A DNA stretch of 64,000 nucleotides from Penicillus capitatus (lineage: Eukaryota; Plantae; Chlorophyta), in contig OZ287697.1 in assembly GCA_965649825.1 (NCBI GenBank), forward strand, positions 1,846,351 through 1,910,350, in the 5' to 3' direction. Made by a program: the position numbers and the translations under genes. Numbering within the stretch: position 1 is the first letter of the stretch; every line of letters begins with the position of its first letter. This document shows, piece after piece, positions 12,838-24,184 of the stretch. Under the pieces are notes generated by a model. That model was not told where the DNA came from and did no database searches. It saw only the letters and a list, made by a program, of their open reading frames with translations.

Positions 12838-14399
12838 TAGAGTTCCCGTCAGCTTTGGCAAAGGGATGCGACGCGGTTGTCGTCGCTAGTCTGCCGTCGA
12901 GCTGTTCGACAGCGCTTCAAGTGTTTGAATTCACTGCTAATGTACGACAGGAGACGTGAAGGTGAAGTACGTCGAGGGACGCGACAGTTATCACCATTGA
13001 TGCGACAGGCGTTTCTACAGAGACGTGCTTTGTCGGTGATCGGCGTGATGAAGTGTGATAACGGATATCAAACACAAATCATTTTACTGGCTATGCGCTT
13101 TACCCTTCTCACAGCTCATCGCACTAAATTCGCCCAACCGATTCAGCGGTTCACCCTGTTTGTTGAGTAGAGATCCACCCCACACGTTCAGTGTGTCCGG
13201 AGACGGCGCGCTTTTGTACCGTGAGTGACAACGACACTCAGTGCGAATCGAGTCCGAGCGAGAATGTGAGAACAGGGAAGGAGAACATGCGAAGCGCAAG
13301 GCTGGGATCAAGGGGGTCCGTCTGTATTGACGACCGACCCTTCAAGAGTGTTTCAAATGCAATCTTCAGAGTTGGATGCTCGTTTGCAGTTTTCAGACCA
13401 TTCTCGTTATCTTGCTGCTCCTACTCCGTACGATGGTTCGCCAGTGCGGCGAAAATCCGCTCTGAATCAACCTGTCGAGCTACAAGCGGCACAGACGCTA
13501 ACCCTGTGTACATTGACGTGACAGAAAGGTCACTGTCACATGAGGCAACGTGTTTGCAACACCGTTCGCTCTGCGCCCGTTTTATGTGACGGACGCCCAG
13601 TCTCAGTCGTCGCGATTGCTCTATAGAGTCAATTGTCAAGGTGCTCGGGTTTATGGGCTGCCGACAGAGGACAACCTTTTGTTCAGAACAACTTCTGCCT
13701 GTCTTTCACATCTCTTCAACTCCTGTCTATCCGCACATCAATTTTGAACGAGCACAACATGTTGATGCTGGTAACATTTCAGATAACGATTGGATCACAA
13801 CGAAATACGCGAACATGTTAAAGCGGAGAGCATCATGAGTTGGCTTACTACCGCCTCTACGATCATGGCCTCGTCCTTGTCAGAGACACTCATACGGCAT
13901 GAACTCTTCTGCTTCAATAAACAGAACAACGAGTATCGTAGCGACCTGCGCAGCAAACCTGCGAACGAAGACCGAAACGGTTGGCTTCCTCCGCCTTTTT
14001 ATTGCGAACATGATCTTTGGCGTTGTGGTTATAAGCACGTTAACGGATAGGCGACGTGTATCGACCACAGCATCTGCAGGTAAGAGCAAGGCTTTCTTGG
14101 TCTGTCGACGACGCGGTGTTTCATTCGAGACTTCACAGAGATAGATAGACAGATGGGATGGCTGTTATGTCCGTTCAAAGTTACGGATCTCCATCGTTCA
14201 AGTTGTTCCAGTTGCCTTCCGTTTGTTCAGTCTTTTCGTGATCTACGCTGAGAAGATCATGTTTCTGTCACTACGAATGGAGATATGCGCGCATCCTACA
14301 CCAACGAAGCACAGACTCTGAGGTGAGGGCAGACATGTTTCCTTTGTTTTCTGTCACATTGCGTCACGACGATGACCACCGTGCTGTTGCGTTTCGGAC

Positions 14400-17300
14400 A
14401 GACCCCACATCGTCTGTCAACGGCGAAGCGTCACCGTTATGTGAATACTGATGCGGCAGTGGTTGCTGAACGCAGAAGGCCTCGACGAGATTGAGAACGA
14501 CCCTCAGCAAGTCGGTAACTGTTCTCGGCTGGGAGACGTATTACTGCTCGACGCCTCGAAGACGATCTTTCAGCCCTCTAGCACCGTCATTTTACTGCCG
14601 TTGACGATAAACGGCCAAGTCCAAAGAGGGAAACTCGACGAGGCCGTCATTTCTTGTACATACAAGCGAACCACACTTACCTGTCCGTTAACGAAGGAAA
14701 GGTCGTTTTCTTTCCGGTAAGCGCCGACTCTTCGTGTCTTGACGATATCAGAACCGTCGATTTCTCGACCATTGATGTGACGTGACAAATCTTGTCACAC
14801 AAGGATGCTTATTTGACAGTGCTGGAGGTGTGAAATCGATCTTCGTTGTAAGAAATGCACCTCTGATCCCAAGGGAGGAACCATGCGGCTGTATCGCATA
14901 GGATTCAGAGACAATCTTTTAACAGCGTAGTCGCCATCACGGCAGACAATTCCTCCTACTCGAAACTGGAGATCGAACATTCTAACCTCCGCAGAAACCG
15001 TCACGATAGAATTTGCGGACTGTTTTTGGCGAAAGAGAACGGACTCCAGAAGGTTACAATTCAGAAGTGCCACTTTACTGAAGGATTTGCCGAATTTGGT
15101 AGAGGCATCTGTGCGTTTAGTTCGAACGTCACTGTCATGGGGACGACTGCATCGAGGAACAACACATCTACATCTGGTAGCAGTGTTTACCTCGAAGACT
15201 CTCGCTCTCTGTTAAGAAGTGTTACTTCGCAACGGATCTGCAGACGACGGTGGAGGAATCTACGCTTTGTCCTTGCGACTCCGCGTGAAGGATACTGTTG
15301 CCACTCATCCTTACCCCAGCGATCGTGGTGGCTTTATCCAAGCGCAACCTCTAAAGGTCGCTGGTGGCAGAACAATAATATCAACAACGACACTAGTGAT
15401 AGTAGAATTGCTGTTCGAAAAGACATCAGCATTGTAGACACGTCGTCGGTCTATTCCCAAGATGGAGCGCAGTATAGCCCTGCGATTTTTCTAAGTTAGA
15501 ATTCCTCAATGACATTCGCCAACTGCCAGTTCAACACATACGTAACTCTTGCGTCTGGAGGTGCATGAGTATAAGCATTCAGCCACGGTGATCATTGCGT
15601 ACTCCAGTTTCGTGTCAAGTCATGCGTCCCATGGTGCTTTTCTCTACTTGGGAGCCACAACAGTTGCAGGAGATATGCTGCTCTCAAAGAAGGGTGAAGC
15701 AAGTAACGGGGAGGGTGCGATCTACAGCAGAAACAGTACATTAGATTTCTAATTCCTTATTGGAAGAAGATTCGACCTGATTGAGTAAGCCACAGATCAG
15801 CTAGTGAATGCGACAAGCGTTAGCTCCAATGTCGCATTCGCCGACAATTGGACCATCAAGAGCGTGGATTTCTTTATTCGGACAAGTCTACTATCATCCT
15901 GAGTCACTGCTTGCTGCAAAACAGCAGTGCAGAGGGCGGCGGAGTTTTGTTCTCCTGGGAAGATGTTATTGTCAACATCACGGAGTCTGATCTGGTGCAA
16001 GGCACTGCAGAAGAGGGTGGATGTGCGAGTGCCACGAAGGCGAATCTCACGTTCTGGAGAACATCTATTCTTGACTTTAGCGAGTCAAAAGATAATATGA
16101 GGGCATTGTACATAAACGAAGAATCAAGTTTGTAGCTCTATAACTCGAGCATCGAAGGAAATCGCACTTTTGGCAGTGGAGGAGGCTTTTGCATGTCATA
16201 TATTGTGGTGCACCTTGAGGAATGAACTGTGAAGAACAACTCTGTCAACCCGGTGAAGCGAAGAATGTTGGATTGAGCTCCACTGACTTACTCATCGATG
16301 TCACCTTCGTTGATAATTATGCCGCAATGGGCATCTTTCTTCTTGATGGGACGTGGGGCAGATTCTTTCTGACCGCACTTTTTTGGCTGACTTCAGCTCA
16401 CTTCGTCTCCTTCTGGTTCGCGGGCAATCCGTAGCGTAAAACGATTCTTCGACGTCGAAGAAGGCGGTCGACGGTCGGAGCGAAGGGCAGGGAAGTCTGT
16501 GCGTGCGGGTGGAGATGGTTGACGACGAAACTGAGTCGAGGCGAGAAAGGCGACGTTGGACCAAAATCGTGAGATGAAATCAGTGAAGAGAGATCTCCTC
16601 GAGGCTGGGACAAGTCTACTCCTGTCGTGGGAGAAAAAAATACAGCAGTCATCTAAGCACGAAGGCAGTCGGAAGTTATTCCCGTGCAGACTACCTTCCC
16701 CCTATGTTGATCTGTTTCGAAGAAGAGTGTTTTCGGGTGGGTTTTACACAATTGGATGCCCGAACCTTCTAGGTGTTTTTTCTATTTCCCCTGACGGGGC
16801 GTGGCACATGTTCATTCGAACGCCATATAAATGAGGAATTATATATGCCGCAATGGGCGGCATAGTGTCGCTTGCAACGTTCATTCCTGAGAATTGGGAG
16901 AGGCAACGTCTCTGGAGGGGATGCAAAGAAAGACGGAGGTTTCTTCGTCTCCGAGTCATTACTGAGTATCACCGATTAAAAATTTAGTACCATAAGGGTA
17001 TCTCTGCAAGGAAGCTTCATCTTTTCCGAAGACGGGAGTTCGCTCGTGATCGAGAACTCTTCCACGGCCTTTGGCGCACCTACTGAGGCTGGCGCTGTTG
17101 CTCTGATGAGCTCTGACTACGGAGCAAGACATCTGGAGATATCACCGTGCGAAGCGGAAGGTGACGGAAGTGCCATCCGGGGTGTCAATTCCTCCCGATT
17201 TCTGTGTATCGACTGTGTGCCGAGAGACAACAGTGCACGACGTGGAGGATCTGTCTCCTTTGAGTATATTGATGCACGGTCGGTTGCTGCTCAGTTGATA

Positions 17301-18620
17301 GGAAGTACTGTGCAGAACGATTCAGCCACATTCAGAGGTATCTCTGATCAGTAGAAACGTAGGCAAACCGAACTAAACCATGGTGTATATAGGCGGTGCG
17401 CAAGTTATCAGCGAAGATGGGTCACCAGCATCGAACTGTCCAGTGGGAAAAAAGAGTTGTGGAGTCTTAGCTTTGACGGACATCTCCTTCTCCGACAATG
17501 TTGCGAGTGCCGCAGGAGGAGCCGTTTTCGTTGACAGAGTGGCCATTATTCGGATTCTCTGCTCCATCAAGCAGACAAACCAGGAAATGGAGTTCTATTC
17601 CAAGAAGCAATGGAAATCCGTGATCGCTGTCGGATCCATTGAAGATATCTGTCCCTCATGGAGATACAATTCTGCCAATCGATATGGAGCAGACATCGCC
17701 TCATATGTGACGGATGTTGAGAAGAAGATCATTAGCGAGGAGTTGGCAACGGTGGTCTCAGTGAAGTAAAACTACTACGAGATACGTGATCAGAAGAGCG
17801 GTGCACCACTGCCCATTTTCTCTCTGACGGCTGTGGACGACCTCAGTCAATGTCCGGCAGTTGGATTGGACAATAGAGAGATCGTGGCCACGATCTCTTC
17901 TCCAGATGAGTTGTTTGATGGCAGAATGAGCACTCTCTTGGAATCCGATTCTGCCAGTCTTGCCGTTACTCCGTTTGCATTGCCTGGGGAGTATACGGTT
18001 CTCATCGAGTTCGAGGGAGGAGATTTCGAGCCGTTTGAGATCACGGTTTATGTGCGTGGATGTTCCATGGATGAAGTGCTTTCTGCGAATGGAGCGTCTG
18101 CGAGCCCTGCAGTGCAGCGACCTTCAGTTTCCTTCCAGAAGAAGACTCCGAATGCCATCCATTCCAGACAATGGGAACTGTGAATCGAAGGCGGTGTTAT
18201 CAAAACAAGGATACTGGCATTAGATGCCATGCGCTGAGCACATTCAGCGATGCTTGACGCCCGGAGCATATGAGTATGAAGGCCGATACAGAAATTGAGA
18301 AAGAAAACGGAAGAGATGGAGACCTGTGACTTCGATGATCAGTAAGGACGTCGAGAACTACACGAAAACACAGTGCCGAGAAGTGAGACAGCAGAATGTT
18401 CGATCTGGATCTTAATCATTGGACGTGTAGCTTACAGGGACATGAGCGGCCTCCATGTGGATTTTGTAAGAAATCCTATGGGAGGTCGCATTCCTTTCTC
18501 TGCAAGAAGTGCTTTTCGGATACCGGCATTGATATTTTGGACTATCTGTCCTTTCCTGTCTTACTGGGTATGTCAGCCATCACCACTCGCAGCAATCTGA
18601 TTTCTGCTCTGTCGTCGAGA
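14400..18620 (+). pseudogene. Degenerate paralog of the beta-helix/Cys-rich/multi-TM surface protein at 56731..62763
   Basis: Colinear similarity: CPSWRYNSANRYGADIASY vs CPDWTGNEAGVYGDVIGSY; SSPDELFDG vs QSPDGLFTG; GYWH*MPCAEHIQRCL vs GYWHPIPCATHVQECL; CGFCKKSYGRSHSFLCKKC vs CGSCDDGYGRTQSLRCERC. In-frame stops at 14928 (TAG), 17767 (TAA) and 18221 (TAG), plus frameshifts near 18100 and 18165. A possible 5' exon lies near 13900-14077. Confidence 0.85.
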
Positions 18621-19422
18621 TGAGTACTCAAACCATTTTGAATGAGTTTTACGTTTCGAGGTTACTTCTCAAAAGAATGCATGGCGATCTCGAACAGCAG
18701 CATCACGTGATGCTACAAGACTTCTGCAAGGAAACGTATGGCGAGCACTCGCCAAAGCGCACTGTTACCGCAACATCTGAGCATGTGAAAAAGCTACCTG
18801 GTGTATCTGCACTCGAATACGTTACAAATATAAACTTCTCCACAGGAGACGATCCAACGTCGGATAATTGCAAAAGGTGTACTAACCAGAAAGCATTTGC
18901 CACTCAAACTGGTAAAGATATCGATGGCGTTTCGCATTTTTATTATTAGGTTAGCAGAATAAAGTAGTTCAACGCCGAATGATAGTCGCAGCTGATGAAA
19001 GGTTACGAGAAGATCCAAGTCTATCAAGGAGAAATGCTTACGCCAAACATGTCGCCGAGCGATGTGACACTGCCTTGTTTCTGAGGGGTCCACGTCCTGG
19101 GGTGCTGGTTGAATCATCTGAGGCCATTTTCTCTGGCTCTGAGGCTAGGGTGACTCACCTGCCTCGTCCAGTCGCGTCACCATGCGGGTATTTAAGGCAG
19201 AATCTGAAACCACTGAAGACCTTGCTCCGATTACTTGTAAGTCTTCCGCTGTTATCGTTTCGTTCGGCGCCTCCGCGAGACAAAACAAACTCATAATCAA
19301 CACAATAATGTAATTCACATGATACTCGACTCTAGAAATCAAGGCAAATACTGGAAAACCGTCTTGAAGTTTAAATTTGTCAAGAAGGCATTAGAGGCAA
19401 CTTAAAATGAAAAATGATTAAT

Positions 19423-22400
19423 TCATGAAAGAGGCGGGTTTAAGTGATCGCCAAGCCGCTTGCTCATCTCTTCTGCTCTTTCAAACACAGCAACCGCTTC
19501 GTTGTCCCTTCCCGCCTTTGAGAGTCCGACGGAGTAGTTCTTGATGCACTCGACGAGGTCCGGATGATCCGCTCCGGCGTGGAGTCGCTCGCACATCTCG
19601 AGGGCCCTCATGCAGAACGGCAGAACTTCGTTGTCCCTTCCCGCCTTTGAGAGTCCGACGGAGTAGTTCTTGATGCACTCGACGAGGTCCGGATGATCCC
19701 CTCCGGCGTGGAGTCGCTCGCACATCTCGAGGGCCCTCATGCAGAACGGCAGAGCTTCGTTGTCCCTTCCCGCCTCTGAGAGTCCGGCCGAGTAGTTCAT
19801 GATGCACTCGACGAGGTCCGGATGATCCGCTCCGGCGTGGAGTCGCTCGCACATCTCGAGGGCCCTCATGTCGAACGGCAGAGCTTCGTTGTCCCTTCCC
19901 GCCTCTGAGAGTCCGGCCGAGTAGTTCATGATGCACTGGACGAGGTCCGGATGATCCGCTCCGGCGTGGAGTCGCTCGCACATCTCGAGGGCCCTCATGT
20001 CGAACGGCAGAGCTTCGTTGTCCCTTCCCGCCTTTGAGAGTCCGACGGAGTAGTTCTTGATGCACTTGACGAGGTCCGGATGATCCGCTCCGGCGTGAAG
20101 TCGCTCGCACATCTCGAGGGCCCTCATGTCGAACGGCAGAGCTTCGTTGTCCCTTCCCGCCTTTGAGAGTCCGGCCGAGTAGTTCATGATGCACTGGACG
20201 AGGTCCGGATGATCCGCTCCGGCGTGGAGTCGCTCGCACATCTCGAGGGCCCTCATGTCGAACGGCAGAGCTTCGTTGTCCCTTCCCGCCTTTGAGAGTC
20301 CGACGGAGTAGTTCTTGATGCTCTTGACGAGGTCCGGATGATCCGCTCCGGCGTGGAGTCGCTCGCACATCTCGAGGGCCCTCATGCAGAACGGCAGAGC
20401 TTCGTTGTCCCTTCCCGCCTTTGAGAGTCCGGCCGAGTAGTTCATGATGCACTCGACGAGGTCCGGATGATCCGCTCCGGCGTGGAGTCGCTCGCACATC
20501 TCGAGGGCCCTCATGTCGAACGGCAGAGCTTCGTTGTCCCTTCCCGCCTTTGAGAGTCCGGCCGAGTAGTTCATGATGCACTCGACGAGGTCTGGATGAT
20601 CCGCTCCGGCGTGGAGTCGCTCGCACATCTCGAGGGCCCTCATGCGGAACGGCAGAGCTTCGTTGTCCCTTCCCGCCTTTGAGAGTCCGACGGAGTAGTT
20701 CTTGATGCACTTGACGAGGTCCGGATGATCCGCTCCGGCGTGGAGTCGCTCGCACATCTCGAGGGCCCTCATGCAGAACGAGAGTGACTCGCAAAACATG
20801 CACATCTCAGAGTTGGCCTTTGCCATGCATCTGACTAACTTCAACTCCATGCCCGTATCTTGGCCCTTCTCGCTGTGTTTGAGAAGCGGAACCCCGTTTC
20901 GAGCGAGCGAGGTCCACAGTTCTCTGCTCGATTCATCCGTTCTCCAATTTTCGGCGTATTGATCGATGGAATGCACTACGGCGTTTACGTGATCTTTGAT
21001 TTTTTCTTCGGCATGTTTTCTGCTCTCGTCTTCTTGGTCGGGGTTTACATCGTCGATTTGTAAAATGAGATATCTTGCAAGTAGTTGTGTCTCGGCGTGA
21101 ACGTAGATTTGCTTATTGTCTGTGTTCCACGAGACGTAAGAGAATCGCTCAAGAAGTCTTATTGATTTTTGTGTTCTTGTTTCGGATTGTTTATCTTGAT
21201 GTTCGTACCATTTGTACACCCATTCGATGGGCACTCCATTTGGGTCGAGAAGCGCCAGCTTGGTGAGTATATCGAGAGAGTGCGTTCCAATGTCGCCGGG
21301 TTCTCTCGAAATGCTCAGTACACTCGAGCGAAACAAGAAGACCATCGCACTGGCTCCTTTTAGGTCGTGCTCTTTGGAGAGCATTTCTATTGCCCTAGCT
21401 TCGCTTCTTGAAGGAGAATACCGTCCCGCCTCTTCTAGCCATTTTGCGGGGCTCCGCACATTCTCGTAATTCATCATCGAGAAAAACTGAGCCAGTGTGA
21501 GCGGATAAAGAGGCAGAAGATCGAGCAGGTCGTCCAACCCCTTCGAACGCGACGACTGGGTATATCCAAATTTCTGTGCGAGTAACCACGCTTCGCATTC
21601 TTCGAATGGCCCGAGCTGCACCGTGTTGCTCTCCCAGCCCCTTCTTGCTTCAACGTCTCTCGTCGTGACAATGACGTGTCCGACTGCCGGTGGAAGGTAC
21701 TCGCGAATCATCTCGAGATTCGGGGCGTCGTCGAAGACGTAGAGAATGCTTGATCCTCCGAGTTCTTCGTAAACACTTTTGACAAGCTCCGGGACGTCGT
21801 CGACCGCGAACATATTCAGGTATTCTGCCATCTGGAAGAAGGCGGTGGATAGACTTTCCCTCGAATCCGAAGGGATCCAGAAGGTGTGGTCGTATTTGCC
21901 CTTGCTTTTTAGCTGGTCGAATACCTTTATCGCGAGCTGAGTCTTTCCTATTCCGCCCGGGCCTACAATTGCCTTGAAAAAAACTGATTCGCCAGTCGAC
22001 GTGAAAGCATCCATGAGCTCGCTAAATTCTTCCTTCCTTCCGGCAAAGTGACGAGTGATGTAAGGAGAGGTCAAAAAACGGTCCTTCTTCGTTTGAGAAC
22101 GATCTCCGGTCGTCGCCGGGGACAGTTCTTTTTTGACACTCTTCCAAACTTGCGAAAACAGCACGTTGCTCAGCGTGTGCGATCGATCGGACGAGAGCGA
22201 CTCGATCCGTTCCTCGACCGTTTTTCCTCCCCGCCACTTGGACAGCGCTTCTTCGCATGCCTCGGTGTGCACGTTCAATGCCAGTTTTCGTAAAGCTTTG
22301 CGTGCTTCACGCTTCTCGTCCTCGTAGCCTCGAACGCTAAGCTCCGAAAGGTTGTCGAGCAACTCTATGAAGAGATCGGGATCGCTCAACCAGTCCCACT

Positions 22401-24184
22401 TGTCTATTCGTTCGACGAGGCTTGCGAGGGTCTCGATGCTCGCTCCGCGAACGACTCCATCCTTTCCATAGACAGCGAGATTGCTCAACATCTTCGCAAC
22501 ACCGAACCTCAGAGCCTTGCGGCTTTCGTCGTCGGTACTCTCTGCGTTGAGCGCAAGAAAGGAGAGGAGCTCGCTGAATACTTCAAAGGCTAATAGATCG
22601 TCCATGGCCGCAAAACACGCACTACTCATGGCATGAAGGCACGTGCACCATTGATCTTCGCATACGGTTTTGCCGTGCCTCGTTTGTAGGAACGCTTGTA
22701 GCAGCGCTCTCGTCACGGATCCTGCTTTTCCGAGGTCGAAGTCGAGATGGACTGCCCCTCGCACCGCTTGATATTTTCCCTCCGCGCAGTGCGCAAGATT
22801 GGCGACGAGCCTTGCGTTGTTCGCCTTGCGGACGGCTCGCCTACAGGACCGCAAAAGGTTCAAACTCTGCACCGCCAGCGTCGCTTGGAATTCTAATGGA
22901 TAGTAGTAGTGCCTTCCAAGGTCGATCGCCCTCTGACTCCAGTCCTCGAACTTAGCGTAGAGCCACTCAAGCTTCTCTGGATTCCAATTGCCCAAGTGGA
23001 CGTCGTGGAGGATTCTTAAACACTCGAGAAGAGCGTACATAGCGCTGCACTGTAAGGGGAACATTTCTTTTGAAAAGCTCACGCCGTCCGGATCAAACGC
23101 GTCGAACAGCAACTCGGCGAGTTTAACGAGACAGCTTGGGTCTGCCTCGAAGACCTCCGTGTCGACAATCTGAAGGGTGTGCTCCACAGCCTCCATCACG
23201 TGTCTGTCGTTGAGGACGTAGTACAACTTGTTCCAAATCCCGTCGAAGAGGTCCTTGTGGAGAGGCAGGTGTTCTCCGCCCACGCTGTGGAGTGTGCACA
23301 AGGCTTGATACTCATGGATTACGGCTCCTTGGTTGTCGATTATGTCTCCGACGGGCATTTCGTTAAAGACGCAGATAATCTTCCGAAGCACTTTCGCCAG
23401 ACCGGTTTTCTGCGCATCGTCGTCCGTTTCGTTGAACGCCTTCACGACTTTTTCGATACTTTGGTTCGATTTTTTGCCAAAAAACTTTCGGATGAGTGAT
23501 CTCTCCGATTCAATCAAATCCCTTTGCGCCGCCGAGTGAGAAGCACTGCTTTCGGCAGTCTGGTGTCCGAGCGCATCACTGCTGGACGGAGGTGCTCTGT
23601 CGCCGCCGCCCAGAAGGCCGAGACTTCCCACGTAGATGAACTTTTCGACGCCTCTGTTATGACCAGAAAGGACGTGAATGCGATGACGAAGAGCACTCTG
23701 CGGCAAGTGGGCCAGGCCTCGCGTTGCTTGTTCTGGATCGGTGAAACCCTTGCAACACAGTGGAATCGTCGTACTCCTCGAGAACGGCCCGATGCGGTCT
23801 ACAATCTTTCCTCCGTAATCTTGTCCCACGCGAAAGATCTGCACGAGGCCATGTCCCCTGACTTCAAGCTCGCAGATTTTTTTGGAATTTCCCTGAGCAA
23901 AGAGTTGTTTATAACCACGAACAGAAGAAAGGGCAGAGCACCTCAGCGTGCGTGAGAACTGAAGTCTGAGGGCGAATTCGCTCTGCTTGATGTATAGGTG
24001 GTCGAATCAAGTTGACTGAGAAAGGATTATTAGTAGTCGTGCTTCTTGGCGCACGTGTTTTGATACGTGGAGCTGATTTGGGGTCGAGTTTTTTGGAGAA
24101 GAGAACAGAAGAACCCTTTCCATGGCAGCTAAGACGAGAGGTGTGCGAAGGAAACTTGTTGACGACGCTCAGAGGATCCCACAT
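19423..24184 (-). CDS. NLR-like STAND protein: helical N-terminal domain + NB-ARC-type NTPase + TPR array; join(24184..23942,23892..19423), about 1570 aa
   Basis: Walker A GPGGIGKT (21940..21963), Walker B ILYVFDDA, HVIVTTRD, LPLYPLTLAQ (GLPL-like), then 43-aa TPR repeats. The track start at 23844 is GTG. A 49-nt GT-AG intron (23893..23941, GTGCTC...TTTGCTCAG) joins the frame in phase 0 to an ATG-initiated exon at 24184. Confidence 0.9.
19483..20772 (-). repeat. Ten tandem, near-identical 129-nt (43-aa) TPR-coding units
   Basis: Unit MRALEMCERLHAGADHPDLV[K/E/Q][C/S]I[K/M]NYS[V/A]GLS[K/E]AGRDNEALPF[R/D/C]. Period 129 nt (e.g. gtcgctcg at 19584 and 19713). The last unit diverges in its final codons. 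Confidence 0.97.

Noticed and set aside
16445-16462. Perfect 18-bp palindrome TTCTTCGACGTCGAAGAA
   Set aside because: Roughly 0.2-0.3 such palindromes are expected by chance in 64 kb, and there is no supporting context.
14928-18223. In-frame TAG/TAA in the surface-protein paralog (and a TAA/TAG-interrupted frame at about 53400-53800, minus strand) suggesting the ulvophyte TAR=Gln code
   Set aside because: Well-conserved genes here end at TAG/TAA exactly where homologs end (S1FA PGE*TAG, DiT2 TAA, GRWD1 TAA, ATE1 TAG). The paralog also has frameshifts, and the stops align to non-Gln residues.
19483-20772. Tandem array as a possible CRISPR or satellite
   Set aside because: Units are contiguous with no spacers, are a multiple of 3, and lie in frame within the NB-ARC protein. 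No cas genes; eukaryotic context.
19481-20803. 440-aa ORF in an alternative minus-strand frame over the TPR array
   Set aside because: A stop-free 129-nt unit repeated ten times produces it automatically. The product is low-complexity Arg/Ser/Gly-rich with no independent support.
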